IMG/VR virus record: IMGVR_UViG_3300008627_000683
Location: 1-64,000 of that record
DNA: 64,000 bases
Direction: 5' to 3' (one strand)
DNA from: an uncultured virus (IMG/VR IMGVR_UViG_3300008627_000683)
Taxonomy: Duplodnaviria > Heunggongvirae > Uroviricota > Caudoviricetes
In this document: positions 20,030-29,852 of the stretch, piece by piece
How positions within the stretch are numbered: position 1 is the first letter of the stretch
How the letters are laid out: every line of letters starts with the position of its first letter
The notes under the pieces: model-generated
Database searches by the model: none
What the model saw: the letters and a program-made list of their open reading frames with translations, nothing else
Told to the model about the DNA's origin: nothing
Position numbers and translations under genes: made by a program

Positions 20030-20230
20030 TTAGGATTGTTCGCCAGTAGAGATGAATTCTAAACCGGCATATCTACCAACGTATGTTTTATCAACAGGAG
20101 TTTTTCTATATAGCTTAATAGGAACGTCTGTTCCATGAATAGCCACCTCAAGTATTTTATCGCTTTTACGTAAAATATCTGCTGGAACCTTTTGATTGTT
20201 GTCAGTACAAGTTAATTCAGTTGTTTTCAT
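20030..20230 (-). CDS. hypothetical protein
   Basis: 66 aa, ATGA-coupled to upstream gene. Confidence 0.6.
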   Translation of the reverse strand: MKTTELTCTDNNQKVPADILRKSDKILEVAIHGTDVPIKLYRKTPVDKTYVGRYAGLEFISTGEQS

Positions 20231-20988
20231 TTAAGTAATTTATTTATAAACTCCTGTTCTATATAGTTTGCATAATCTTTATGTGCTTCGGGACCAAAAT
20301 GTTGCCATTTGTCCGATTTATGACCTAAGGCCACTGACTTACGAGTGAAAGCAATGGATGGATCATAGGGATCATTAAACAACCATGCGTCATTATTCCA
20401 GTTATTTTTAAAGAATTCGTTTACATTAAAAACCTCGTGTAAATGTAAAAACATGTGCTTAAAGTTTCTTTTAGTTAACCAATCACTAAATTCTTTAAAG
20501 TAGTATTGAAACTCTAGAGTTCTAGATTGAAATATTATGTTGCCTGTTTCCTTATGGTCATTTAATAGTCTATTTGTATAGTTAGACCACATCATGCTAA
20601 GTGTAATCCATTCAGCACTTTTGTCATGCCAGCGTATTTTATCAAAATTGGGAGGAAGCACACTTTCGCGAAAATTATACTGGTATAACGGTTCGCCACA
20701 TATTTGATGCCATACTCCATCTGCATACCATTCGGTACGTTCAACTGTTGACCACCCTATTAGAACTATAGTATTTTCAGGGTCTTTATCTCTTAGAAAT
20801 TCTTTACTAGTGCGAATAATTCTGTTGTTACTACATCCAGCAACGGATTCATTTATATAGTCTAGATTATGTTTTTTTGCTAGTAATCCAGCAAATGATA
20901 CTTCAGGCTGAAACATTATAGATTCTTCACTGTTTGGATGTTGGTAAGTTGCCGCAAGATGGCTGTCGCCGTTAGTGTATAAAAGCAT
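20227..20988 (-). CDS. SGNH/GDSL hydrolase-like protein
   Basis: NGDSH block I, GCSN, GWS...R.E, C-terminal DKWQH. Confidence 0.65.
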   Translation of the reverse strand: MLLYTNGDSHLAATYQHPNSEESIMFQPEVSFAGLLAKKHNLDYINESVAGCSNNRIIRTSKEFLRDKDPENTIVLIGWSTVERTEWYADGVWHQICGEPLYQYNFRESVLPPNFDKIRWHDKSAEWITLSMMWSNYTNRLLNDHKETGNIIFQSRTLEFQYYFKEFSDWLTKRNFKHMFLHLHEVFNVNEFFKNNWNNDAWLFNDPYDPSIAFTRKSVALGHKSDKWQHFGPEAHKDYANYIEQEFINKLLK

Positions 20989-21006
20989 TATTTACAAGTC
21001 AATATG

Positions 21007-21465
21007 TTAATTAACATAATCATCAAATAAACCATGTATTACATCAACAGCATTTTGAAAATCGTTAAACACCCAATTTGCCTTCGCTTTAATAAGTGGA
21101 TGGTTAGCGAGATATTCATCATCTGTGACGACAATAAGAGGTTTTCTTAAGCCAATTGCCCAACCAATTTCAATAATTGTGCCATATGACGGTCTACGGT
21201 TATTTAGTTCTTTTGGCAAAAATGCTAATACTAAGTCACATGTTTCTGTGTCATACCAATTTTTAGCGGCAATTGCTCCGGGAGCATTAAATCTTGGGTC
21301 ATTTCCAGGACCATATGTTTCTCCTTGCATTGGCTCACAACGCAACGGAGAAATTCCAATAATATTAGGATTTAGTTTTTCACTAACTTCATTTCGCCAG
21401 TCGTTCGCTTCGCCGTAAGTGCATTCCGCAATCGGGCCTGCGAGATAGATGTATTTTTTAGTCAT
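21007..21465 (-). CDS. nucleoside 2-deoxyribosyltransferase-family protein
   Basis: IYLAGP, CDLVLA, SYGTIIEIGWA..LRKP. Confidence 0.85.
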   Translation of the reverse strand: MTKKYIYLAGPIAECTYGEANDWRNEVSEKLNPNIIGISPLRCEPMQGETYGPGNDPRFNAPGAIAAKNWYDTETCDLVLAFLPKELNNRRPSYGTIIEIGWAIGLRKPLIVVTDDEYLANHPLIKAKANWVFNDFQNAVDVIHGLFDDYVN

Positions 21466-21471
21466 AACACA

Positions 21472-21500
21472 ATTTTATACTATGTTACTAAGAAAGTCAA
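21472..21500 (-). promoter_or_regulatory. sigma70-type promoter (leaderless geometry)
   Basis: TTGACT-17-TAAAAT with the ATG (21465) starting 7 nt after the -10 box. Confidence 0.6.
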
Positions 21501-21510
21501 GTATATTGTT

Positions 21511-22143
21511 CTAGTCTGCTAAACCTGCGGCCTTAAGGAATAACTCGTCGTTAAAACGTGGGTTGTCTTGTCTAAACAAGGTTACCAAACGATCAGCAAA
21601 GTCCATTCTTGCATTAAGGTCTGTAATTTCTTGCAACATACTTGCAAATAGTTCATAATGCTTGCGTGAAAATGCTTCGTCTAGTTGTTGATCAGAAGTT
21701 TCATCAACTTCTTCAACACTTTCTGATGTTGCTAACATAGCACGTTGAACGGCTGGGTGCTCTGATAAGCCTGGAGCAATACCTTCAATTGCTTCTATTG
21801 CGTCTGTTAAGTTGCCACCTTTATAACGTGGATCATTTAAAATACCAAAAGCCATTCTAATTTGTTTTTCTGTGAACTCGCCATCTTCTCTTTCATACTT
21901 GGATTTATGGAGTGTTCCATGGTCTGTGTCTTCTTCTTCACTGCTTACAAGTTTATATTCACTCGCTGGGCGATCATCAAAGTCATCAACACTTACCCAT
22001 GCTTCTTCTAACTCGTCATCTTCTTCTAATGCTTCGAGTTCTTCTAGAGTAAGTTCTTCTTCAACCTCGTCCTCTGCAATAACATCTGCAGGCTTTGGTT
22101 GGTTAATTAAGTCTAGTGTTGTTAAAATGCTTCTCATATCCAT
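21511..22143 (-). CDS. acidic hypothetical protein, putative head-core protein
   Basis: MDMRSILTTLD start, many LEE/VDE/LDE sites, C-terminal DNPRFN..LF..AAG. Confidence 0.55.
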   Translation of the reverse strand: MDMRSILTTLDLINQPKPADVIAEDEVEEELTLEELEALEEDDELEEAWVSVDDFDDRPASEYKLVSSEEEDTDHGTLHKSKYEREDGEFTEKQIRMAFGILNDPRYKGGNLTDAIEAIEGIAPGLSEHPAVQRAMLATSESVEEVDETSDQQLDEAFSRKHYELFASMLQEITDLNARMDFADRLVTLFRQDNPRFNDELFLKAAGLAD

Positions 22144-22200
22144 AGTAATGTTTCCATCGTAAAGTTAATAAAGTACTATTGTATTTATGTAAATATTAAT

Positions 22201-23088
22201 ATGAACGATGATTTAAAAAAAGTCCGTAAAATGGATTTAGATGTACTAGACAAATTTCTACTAGAAAAAACAGATTATTCTAATGTAAAACCATTAAATT
22301 TAAAGTTTGATGTTATTTTTATGAGTTATTATGAAAAAGATGCTGATAAAAACTTTGAAACTTTAAAAAAACTAGTACCAAATGCAAAAAGAGTAAATGG
22401 CGTTACGGGCATACTCAATGCTTATAACGCATGTAGGGAATTGTCCGAAACAAAATTTTATTATATTGTCGAAGGAGACAATATTATATGTAATGATTTT
22501 GACTTTAAACTTCCTATTCAATGGTATAAAAACGTTTTGTACCATAATATTCGTGATCAAAAAGAAAATTCTATTCCGGTTGACATAGAAACAATTTATC
22601 CAAATTTATCAGTTATGTGGGATACAGTAAATCCTATTAACGGAGAAATTTTACCACACAGTCCAATAGGCTTTACATATAAATCTAATAAACCATATAT
22701 ATATTATCCAAAAGCTACCGCAGCTGATACATTTAAAGCGTCCGGAGTTCCTGTACGACGAATCGGAAGTATTGATGCATTTAATTCTTCTCCTTACGAT
22801 GCATGGAAGGCAGGCTTTAGAATAGGAAATAGACTTACTTATCAAATACTAAATATGAAGACACCCAAGCACGATACACTTTACCAAGAAGAAAGATTGC
22901 ACCATTGGGAAAGCGTAGGTTATGATCGTTATAACGGTAAATATTGCATAGAAGGTGTTAAGTTAGGAATGTCGTTAGCCTTGAAGGACGATAATTGGTG
23001 GCTAAAATATAGAGAGACGTCACAAAATTTTAATAATTTAAAAAATATTTTTAAAAAAGAGTATGGAACAGAGTATCACAATAACTGA
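22201..23088 (+). CDS. glycosyltransferase-like protein
   Basis: IFMSY.E..AD, RV.GV.GI..A, YIVEGDN (DxD-like), AWKAGFR. Confidence 0.55.
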   Translation: MNDDLKKVRKMDLDVLDKFLLEKTDYSNVKPLNLKFDVIFMSYYEKDADKNFETLKKLVPNAKRVNGVTGILNAYNACRELSETKFYYIVEGDNIICNDFDFKLPIQWYKNVLYHNIRDQKENSIPVDIETIYPNLSVMWDTVNPINGEILPHSPIGFTYKSNKPYIYYPKATAADTFKASGVPVRRIGSIDAFNSSPYDAWKAGFRIGNRLTYQILNMKTPKHDTLYQEERLHHWESVGYDRYNGKYCIEGVKLGMSLALKDDNWWLKYRETSQNFNNLKNIFKKEYGTEYHNN

Positions 23089-23395
23089 ATCAGCACTAGC
23101 ACAACTACTAGTGATTGCAAACAAAAACGAAGTATCCGACGTTAGATACTTTTTAGATGGCGGCGGATGTTCCGGGTTGCTTGGTAAATGGGCAATTGGA
23201 ACAGGTAAAGAGGAAAGCGATATTACTTTTGATCTAGGCGAAAGTAAAGAACTTCTAATAGATAGTTTAACAGCATCATATATGAAAGATGCTACTATAG
23301 ATTATACTGGTGATTTTATGCCTGCTTTTAAAGTAACAATACCAGACACTAATTCATGCGGTTGTGGCGAATCTTTTCAGATGCCTAATAATTAG
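23063..23395 (+). CDS. iscA: HesB/IscA Fe-S cluster carrier
   Basis: ITITESA, GGGCSG, IDY, SCGCGESF. Confidence 0.88.
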   Translation: MEQSITITESALAQLLVIANKNEVSDVRYFLDGGGCSGLLGKWAIGTGKEESDITFDLGESKELLIDSLTASYMKDATIDYTGDFMPAFKVTIPDTNSCGCGESFQMPNN

Positions 23396-24051
23396 ACTGT
23401 AAATCTTTCCGCACTTTTATTAATAATTAAATTATAAATTTCTTCCCAATTTTTTGCTAAGGGAATGTCACCTTCATAGTCCATATTATGCCCGTGTTCG
23501 AATATAACGCTGTTAAGTCCTAAACGTTTTCCTACTTCTGCATTTTTTACTTTATCTTCGATCCACCAGCATTGTGTATTTCTGTACGGCGATAGTGCTT
23601 CATCTTTGTCGGCACCAGTATCTAGACAAATAACTTTCTCAAATGCTGTTTCACCAAACAGTTTTGCCAAGTTTCTCTCACGTAGTTTACCTGCGTATGG
23701 ATCTGTGCTTAGTGATGTAATAGCATGGAAAACATAACCGTGCTGTTCATGTAATTTCTTAACATAGTGAACAGAGTCACGCGAGGGCGGCAAAAATCCA
23801 ATTGACGCACTTTCATTAAAACTTGATGTGAGTCGTTTGCCTTGTTCTGGTGTAATGCTAAAACGTTTAGCAATACCATATATTTGTTTGTGTTCTTTTA
23901 TAGGAGTGTGTCCGTGTTTTTCCATCCATACGTGAAAAGCAAACTCCCAATCTAGTAAAACGCCATCTACGTCTGTTAGTATTATTTTGTCTTTTATCAT
24001 GTCTTTGTATTGTTCATAAGTTTTTATATTATATGTGGATATTGTAGTCAC
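23392..24051 (-). CDS. HAD-family 5'-nucleotidase-like (T4 gp30.2-like)
   Basis: LTDVDGVLLDW, ITSL, WIEDK..N motifs; start may be at 24000. Confidence 0.8.
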   Translation of the reverse strand: MTTISTYNIKTYEQYKDMIKDKIILTDVDGVLLDWEFAFHVWMEKHGHTPIKEHKQIYGIAKRFSITPEQGKRLTSSFNESASIGFLPPSRDSVHYVKKLHEQHGYVFHAITSLSTDPYAGKLRERNLAKLFGETAFEKVICLDTGADKDEALSPYRNTQCWWIEDKVKNAEVGKRLGLNSVIFEHGHNMDYEGDIPLAKNWEEIYNLIINKSAERFTV

Positions 24052-24248
24052 TATTCACTAGAAGGCTTTGCTGTGGTTTTAAACCAGCCAGTCCCTTTAA
24101 GAACAAAGTTAGATTGTGATATTATTTTTTTAAGTGTTTCTTGAGAGCAATGTGGGCAAAACTTTAATGGCTCATCATTTATTTTTTGCATGACTTCTAC
24201 CATCATTTCACATACTTCATTTGTGCATTTATATTCGTATATTGGCAT
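24051..24248 (-). CDS. FmdB-family zinc-ribbon protein
   Basis: MPIYEYKC...CPHC...FVLKGTGWF. Confidence 0.88.
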   Translation of the reverse strand: MPIYEYKCTNEVCEMMVEVMQKINDEPLKFCPHCSQETLKKIISQSNFVLKGTGWFKTTAKPSSE

Positions 24249-24250
24249 AT

Positions 24251-24547
24251 TTAAATATCCAAATCTTGATCATCCAATATTGATTCAATATGTGGTGATA
24301 CTGTTTTATAATCAGCGATTTCCATTAAAAGCGCATCATCTTTAACCATATATATATAGGCTATACTATTTGGATTTCTCTTTCGCATAACTTTTTCAAG
24401 CCACACTATTTTATTTGATTCTGCAACCTTTCTTTCTTCGCCTTTTGAAATGATATGCCAAAGTCTTACTGGCTTCCAAGCAAACCAAATATGCCATTCT
24501 TGTAATCTTATACGCTTTTCATCCCTGGTTTCTTTTGTCCAATGCAT
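24251..24547 (-). CDS. hypothetical phage protein
   Basis: WH.WFAW.PV...WLE.V.R motif. Confidence 0.6.
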   Translation of the reverse strand: MHWTKETRDEKRIRLQEWHIWFAWKPVRLWHIISKGEERKVAESNKIVWLEKVMRKRNPNSIAYIYMVKDDALLMEIADYKTVSPHIESILDDQDLDI

Positions 24548-24559
24548 TGTTGAGATTTC

Positions 24560-25351
24560 CTATGCAAACTGTTCTCCATATTCATCAATTGATTCAAAAT
24601 CATGCTCATTTGCTAACATCGCATTTCCATATTCAATAACCATTAACTTACATGCTTTGCGTTTGTTTTCATTACGCAATGCATGGAATTGACCCAATGG
24701 AATATAAAAATGTTGATGAGCGTCTAAATCACGTGATTTAATATTTCCTAATGTTTCTTCCCATGCATAGTCTACTATACATTGACCACCCATAACAAAC
24801 CAAAATTCACTTTTTCTCATATGGCGCCCAAAAGTCATTTGATGTTTGGGTTCCAAACTTACTTCTTTTACTCTACAATTACTATCTTGATATACAACAT
24901 TATAATAACCATAATCCGTATAACACATACCAAATTTATAATTACGAATCAATTGACTAGATGAAGTCTTCTTTTCAAAACCACCAACGCCAAAAATAAA
25001 CTCAACGTCTGCTATTGCTTGTTCAGGAACATTGGTGGTGTCTCTGTCACCCCCGTTGGCAAAAACAATTGTATCATTTGGATAATGTTCCTTTATTTTT
25101 TCTAATGCATGGATGGCAGTATTGTCTTTGTCATTAAATCCAACTACATCGTCTACTACTGAAAGACTATTAAGAATAAGTGCCCTCTCTTCAAAAAGCA
25201 TAAATGATCTACCTTTTTTACGAGAAAGCCACTTGTCACTGTTTAAAGCCACGATAAGTTTGTCGCCAAGTTTTTTGGCCTCATTAAATAATGCAATGTG
25301 CCCTTTATGAATCGGATCAAATCCGCCTGAGACTACTACTATCGTCGCCAT
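24560..25351 (-). CDS. cytidylyltransferase (RfaE-like) fused to cupin (type II mannose-6-P isomerase-like)
   Basis: SGGFDPIHKGH, LNSD.WL.RKKG, FANGGDR, KTSSS; cupin H...SEFWFV...H.L.N. Confidence 0.85.
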   Translation of the reverse strand: MATIVVVSGGFDPIHKGHIALFNEAKKLGDKLIVALNSDKWLSRKKGRSFMLFEERALILNSLSVVDDVVGFNDKDNTAIHALEKIKEHYPNDTIVFANGGDRDTTNVPEQAIADVEFIFGVGGFEKKTSSSQLIRNYKFGMCYTDYGYYNVVYQDSNCRVKEVSLEPKHQMTFGRHMRKSEFWFVMGGQCIVDYAWEETLGNIKSRDLDAHQHFYIPLGQFHALRNENKRKACKLMVIEYGNAMLANEHDFESIDEYGEQFA

Positions 25352-25388
25352 ATTAATATTTATTCGTAATCTATTTTACTGTACTATA

Positions 25389-25417
25389 ATTATATATTAC
25401 ATTACGGTCATTGTCAA
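25389..25417 (-). promoter_or_regulatory. sigma70-type promoter
   Basis: TTGACA-17-TATAAT. Confidence 0.7.
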
Positions 25418-26436
25418 GAAATAGCGTATTTGTTTAGATTGCGCTCGAATTCGCTCAAACGTTTATATATTGAACGCAATTCTGTAATTGTTGTCCAGTT
25501 ATGCAAGAATAATGCAAACCCACCATGTACTTTCTGGAACGCATTTGACACTTGCACTACTACACCTAATAATACAGCACCAGTAAACAAACTTGGACCT
25601 ACGATTAAGTAAGGCACAATAACCATTGCTTGATCATACATAATCATCCATGTGTCAAAATATCCATAGTGTAAGTACAAACGTTGATAGTTGAAACGTA
25701 TGCCTGTGAATAAACTTGCTAATGTTTCTGGTTGTGCATAGTTTACTTTGTCATCTTCACCAAACACTAAATCCTTTCTAAATGCGGCTTCGACACGTTG
25801 ATTGTTATATTCAAGTCCGGGCAGTTTAATACCTACAAACCATGAAATAACCAACCCGCCTATAGATACAAATAATGCTACCCATACAAGTGAGCCAGGA
25901 ATGTCGCTAAAGAATGGAATAGTAACTGAAGAACTTAACCCCCACAGCACTGGAATAAACGCAACGAGTGTCATTAACGCCCGCACAACTTGCAATCCCA
26001 AACTTTCTACAATTCTAGCAAACCGATTGCAGTCCTCTTGAATACGCTGTGATGCACCTTCAATTTCTTCTTCAACATTGCGCCAACGCGGAATGTAGTC
26101 AAAGGTCATTGCCTCTCGCCAACGGAGTCCGTATATGCGTGTAAACCACCCAGTGAGCACCGCTAACAGCACATATGGAAATGCTAATACAGCAAATGAG
26201 GGATCACCATCACTAAAATATTGTAAGCCTAGTAATTTTTCATAAAATAAAGAAATGCCTTCACTGGCATTATTTTTATATTCACCAGACTTTTGTAGTA
26301 AGTCATAAAATCCACCATACCATGTGTTTATCGCTACTGTTAATTGAACTTGTAACCATAACGATATAACTAATAGAGAGCCACCGCCATAAGCCCATAG
26401 TGCCCATTTCTTAGTTTTATAAAATGCTTTTATCAT
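25414..26436 (-). CDS. sbmA: SbmA/BacA peptide transporter
   Basis: WYGGFYDLLQ, WREAM, IEGASQRIQED, LPGLEYNNQRVEAAFRK.LV.GED, NY.RLY.HY.YF, EL.SIYKRL..FE. Confidence 0.9.
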   Translation of the reverse strand: MIKAFYKTKKWALWAYGGGSLLVISLWLQVQLTVAINTWYGGFYDLLQKSGEYKNNASEGISLFYEKLLGLQYFSDGDPSFAVLAFPYVLLAVLTGWFTRIYGLRWREAMTFDYIPRWRNVEEEIEGASQRIQEDCNRFARIVESLGLQVVRALMTLVAFIPVLWGLSSSVTIPFFSDIPGSLVWVALFVSIGGLVISWFVGIKLPGLEYNNQRVEAAFRKDLVFGEDDKVNYAQPETLASLFTGIRFNYQRLYLHYGYFDTWMIMYDQAMVIVPYLIVGPSLFTGAVLLGVVVQVSNAFQKVHGGFALFLHNWTTITELRSIYKRLSEFERNLNKYAIS

Positions 26437-26678
26437 TTATTTTTGTGCCGATAAATTAAAGTGTCCATTAATTGAACTATGATTGATAGATCATGATTAA
26501 AATCTTCATTATCAGTATCAATACCGCTTTCTGCTAAAACATCGAGTGTCTTAATTAACCAACGATCAGATACTGTTTTAGTAAATTCATCATCGAAAAT
26601 TTTATGTAGGAAATTTCCGTCAATATTGGTTTCGTCTATTTTCTTTCCTTTAATATCAACGACGTTGTCATCACTCAT
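26433..26678 (-). CDS. hypothetical protein
   Basis: MSDDNVVDIK start overlapping the upstream stop. Confidence 0.55.
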   Translation of the reverse strand: MSDDNVVDIKGKKIDETNIDGNFLHKIFDDEFTKTVSDRWLIKTLDVLAESGIDTDNEDFNHDLSIIVQLMDTLIYRHKNK

Positions 26679-27024
26679 CTGGCCAGTCCCTGTATAATGC
26701 GTGTTGGATATCATCTGCTACAAATTGATTGAACGACTTATGTTTTTCATCAACCTTGCCTTCCACTTCATCTAAAACATAGCGATCAGGCCTGGCAACG
26801 CGATGGAAAGCTGACTCCAATTGCGACATGTCTGTTGTTTCAATCATAATATGCCATTCTGGCAAATCTTGTATACTGCGAAATCCTAACTTACAACGTG
26901 TAATACGATATGATTCGATTTTATTTTCTTCTTTGAGTTGATTAAGGAAACTTTTAATATTGTCGACAAATTCTTCGTCGGTAATATCACCTTCAATATT
27001 TGCCCAGACGTGATAGATATCCAT
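26671..27024 (-). CDS. DUF6614-like protein
   Basis: YHVW, YRITR.KLGF, EWHIMIE, ALYRDWPD; TAAGTA 5 nt upstream. Confidence 0.55.
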   Translation of the reverse strand: MDIYHVWANIEGDITDEEFVDNIKSFLNQLKEENKIESYRITRCKLGFRSIQDLPEWHIMIETTDMSQLESAFHRVARPDRYVLDEVEGKVDEKHKSFNQFVADDIQHALYRDWPDE

Positions 27025-27053
27025 AATAATACTTATGCATAAAGAATTTATGT

Positions 27054-27473
27054 TTAATTTAAATTGAAATTGTTACATACATTATGTTCTTCACAATCTT
27101 TAATAGAATTTTTAGCAACGTCTATTGCTTTTTCTAGCATTGCGAACCAATGTTCAGCGTCGATATAACCAACCCATCTTACAATTTCTCGCTTTTTTTC
27201 TTCGTCCCATATAAAGAACGTAGGAGTGGCATAAAGTTTTTTTATTTTGCCGTCACGATAGTATTGAATATAATCTAAGTTTTCAATAATACCATGTGTA
27301 ATGTTAATTTCTATCAAAGGAAGATACGAATCTAATTCTGGAGTATAGAGTGGCTGTACTTGTGCCTGCCATGCGCGACACGACGGACACCAATCTGCTT
27401 CTACAACAAATAGTTGTAAACTATACGCTGTTGTTGGTATTAATAATAACAAGAATAATAATAATTTTCTCAT
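27054..27473 (-). CDS. exported thioredoxin-fold protein (SoxS-like)
   Basis: signal peptide, WCPSC, TPTF cis-Pro motif. Confidence 0.75.
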   Translation of the reverse strand: MRKLLLFLLLLIPTTAYSLQLFVVEADWCPSCRAWQAQVQPLYTPELDSYLPLIEINITHGIIENLDYIQYYRDGKIKKLYATPTFFIWDEEKKREIVRWVGYIDAEHWFAMLEKAIDVAKNSIKDCEEHNVCNNFNLN

Positions 27474-27503
27474 ACTGTATTTATTATTTAATAAATATTG
27501 ATT

Positions 27504-27737
27504 ATGGACGATGGCATAATAGACTTTGACAAAATATTGAAGTTAAAGAAGAAAAAACAACAAGAAATTGAAGAACTTCGTACAAGAATTAAAGAATTAA
27601 ACAACAACAAATTTTGGATTGAAAAGGAAATTCAAATAGCCGAGTTTCTCATTTTTTCTATAGAAAAAGAAATTGCGCCCGGGGCAGTTGTAGCTGCATT
27701 AATCGAAAATGAGTTGAGAGATCTTGATGAAGAATAA
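27504..27737 (+). CDS. coiled-coil hypothetical protein
   Basis: heptad-like K/E pattern; TAAATA 6 nt upstream. Confidence 0.6.
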   Translation: MDDGIIDFDKILKLKKKKQQEIEELRTRIKELNNNKFWIEKEIQIAEFLIFSIEKEIAPGAVVAALIENELRDLDEE

Positions 27738-28311
27738 TATAGCATTTGTACTAGGGAATGGCACAAGTAGACAAGCGATATCTTTAGACAGTTTAAAAGA
27801 AAATGGAATAGTCTATGGATGTAATGCATTGTATAGAGAGTTCACTCCACATCATCTTGTCGCCGTTAATCCTGAAATGATATTTGAAATTAATAAGGCA
27901 AAATATAAAGGAGCAACCTACTTTGAAAATCCACACGGCTGGAGTTCTGGACCTACAGCATTGTGGTTAGCAAGTAACATTGGACATACCACCATCTACA
28001 TATTAGGATTTGACTTTACTGGTTTAAACGGAAAAATTAATAATATATATGCCGGCACACCAAACTATCTAGACACTGATTCTGAAGAAGTGTATTATGG
28101 TAACTGGTTAAAACATACTGCTGAAGTTATAGAAGAGTTCCCACAAATAGATTATATTAGAATTAAAAACAACAATTATAATCCTGAAAAATTATCTATA
28201 CTTAGTAATTACAATGAAGAGGAAATAAGTATGTTTGCAAAAAGAATAAACTTAGCAAATGATATCGGCCAAATTCATCAGGTATTACGAACTAAAAAAG
28301 TTTTTAATTAG
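27727..28311 (+). CDS. DUF115/MptE-like protein (paralog of 15657-16301)
   Basis: LGNGTSR, YGCNALYR, WSSGPTA, LGFDF, NNIYAGT. Confidence 0.55.
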   Translation: MKNNIAFVLGNGTSRQAISLDSLKENGIVYGCNALYREFTPHHLVAVNPEMIFEINKAKYKGATYFENPHGWSSGPTALWLASNIGHTTIYILGFDFTGLNGKINNIYAGTPNYLDTDSEEVYYGNWLKHTAEVIEEFPQIDYIRIKNNNYNPEKLSILSNYNEEEISMFAKRINLANDIGQIHQVLRTKKVFN

Positions 28312-28795
28312 CGGGGTTTGAAAGGAAACGATCTTTTTCTAGGCCATACTTGTCTAATATATAGTAATATAAATCTACATATTTTTCATAATGCAGTATT
28401 TCGTAATCTCTGCCGCGCCCATCTTGCGATCGTTCTAGCCATGTTTCTGGATTTGCTGATCCTTTTGACCTGTTAATAGAAGAACATGCCGGAACATGAT
28501 TTTCCGAATCATTAGCAAACTCTACCCAAAGTTCTTTTGGTAATCCTAACTCACATGCTTCTTTTAAACTTACAACATGGTCAATGTCAATACCGTCGCA
28601 TAGTGGATGAACGCCTCGTTCATAGCCTGTATACCAACCATGTGTTGCATCACTTGAGTAGGATCGAAAGTTAAATTGTTCTCTAACGTTAGTACAACCT
28701 TCAACACACGCAACCGCATTAATGCTTGCGTATGTTAGTAAGCCTAATAACCCTAATACTAATATAACATTTTTAATAATATTTCTTGTTATCAT
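28304..28795 (-). CDS. exported HNH/DUF1524-type nuclease
   Basis: signal peptide; DIDHVV.LKEA, FAND..N, NRSKG. Confidence 0.7.
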   Translation of the reverse strand: MITRNIIKNVILVLGLLGLLTYASINAVACVEGCTNVREQFNFRSYSSDATHGWYTGYERGVHPLCDGIDIDHVVSLKEACELGLPKELWVEFANDSENHVPACSSINRSKGSANPETWLERSQDGRGRDYEILHYEKYVDLYYYILDKYGLEKDRFLSNPAN

Positions 28796-29577
28796 GAATA
28801 CATACTTCCATATAAATCTAAATAAGGTACTAACACATTTTTACACCAGTCACAATGACCTTCATAACTCGGATGCATCCCGTCTTCATAGAGGGTAATA
28901 TTTTTATCTATAGACCATTGCAGTATGCTTTTTTCTAGAGGTATTACTTTAATATTAGAATATCTATGTAAAAAATCCAATGTTTGTGGGTACATCTCGT
29001 CTTTGTATTCTCCATACCAATCCCAACCAAAATATAATATTATTTCTTTGACCGTATTAGACCATAAGCCTATATTAACAAGCGTTTCTTGCAAATGATA
29101 AATTGTTCGGGTAAGGCAGCCAAATTTCATTTCATAATGAAATCTTTGATTGTTTGCTCTAATACTTATTGCTTTCCTGTTAAAAATACTCCATTCTTCT
29201 TCAGTATAACTTTTTAGTTTATTGTGATAGAACCACATCCAATCCCAGTCAGGTTTCTTCTCAACGTCGTCTTCCCCATATTTAAGACCATGAAACTCTA
29301 CATCTTGATCGTCATTCAATAGATAAAAAAGTCTATCTGGCGCTGTTAACTGCCAAAGTAGTGTGGTATCTTTATTAATTAAATTTTTTGCATAAAGATT
29401 AGATAATCTATGGTGTTGTAAATAATTGTCTCCACCGCCTTGTGAAATATGTTTAATATCTAAACTATAGGTACCATTTAAATAGTGCACATAGCCGTGC
29501 TGTTGAGTTAAACTACATCCTGTTAAACTACATCCTAAAGCAACATATTTGTAAGGCGTTTCTTCTTTCGTTTCCAT
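28792..29577 (-). CDS. SGNH hydrolase-like protein
   Basis: LGCSLT (duplicated), GGDN, WQLT..DR, DGMHP; TAAATA 5 nt upstream of ATG 29577. Confidence 0.6.
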   Translation of the reverse strand: METKEETPYKYVALGCSLTGCSLTQQHGYVHYLNGTYSLDIKHISQGGGDNYLQHHRLSNLYAKNLINKDTTLLWQLTAPDRLFYLLNDDQDVEFHGLKYGEDDVEKKPDWDWMWFYHNKLKSYTEEEWSIFNRKAISIRANNQRFHYEMKFGCLTRTIYHLQETLVNIGLWSNTVKEIILYFGWDWYGEYKDEMYPQTLDFLHRYSNIKVIPLEKSILQWSIDKNITLYEDGMHPSYEGHCDWCKNVLVPYLDLYGSMYS

Positions 29578-29589
29578 ACACATATTTAG

Positions 29590-29847
29590 TGGGGGCGACT
29601 TTGTTAAGAAGGTGTCGCCCCCGAAACCCCCTACGCGACCGCTAATTAGGCGGCTAATGCGTAATCGTAATAATCGTCATTTGCAATTATATAGTTTGCT
29701 GTTTTTTAATATGGAACTGCTCCCATATGTCGTCCATTTATCCTCTTCACCCTGTCGAAACTGTGTCACCCCCGTAAAAAATTTGGTGGAGGTGCCGGGC
29801 ACTGCCCCCGGGTCCAGAATGCGTACTTTCAACTTCATACGACAATC
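29590..29847 (-). ncRNA. ssrA: circularly permuted (two-piece) tmRNA
   Basis: acceptor piece ends GGACCCGGGGGCAGTGCCCGGCACCTCCACCA (CCA at 29786-29784), 10-nt spacer, coding piece starts GGGGGTG (29773) giving a G3:U70 Ala stem; tag ORF 29684-29646 ANDDYYDYALAA*; terminal GC hairpin 29591-29622; outer ends approximate. Confidence 0.93.
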
Positions 29848-29852
29848 AAAAT

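Noticed and set aside
29784..29820. tRNA gene (T-arm plus CCA)
   Set aside because: No D-arm or anticodon arm upstream; the matching 5' acceptor strand lies downstream, so it is the acceptor piece of a permuted tmRNA
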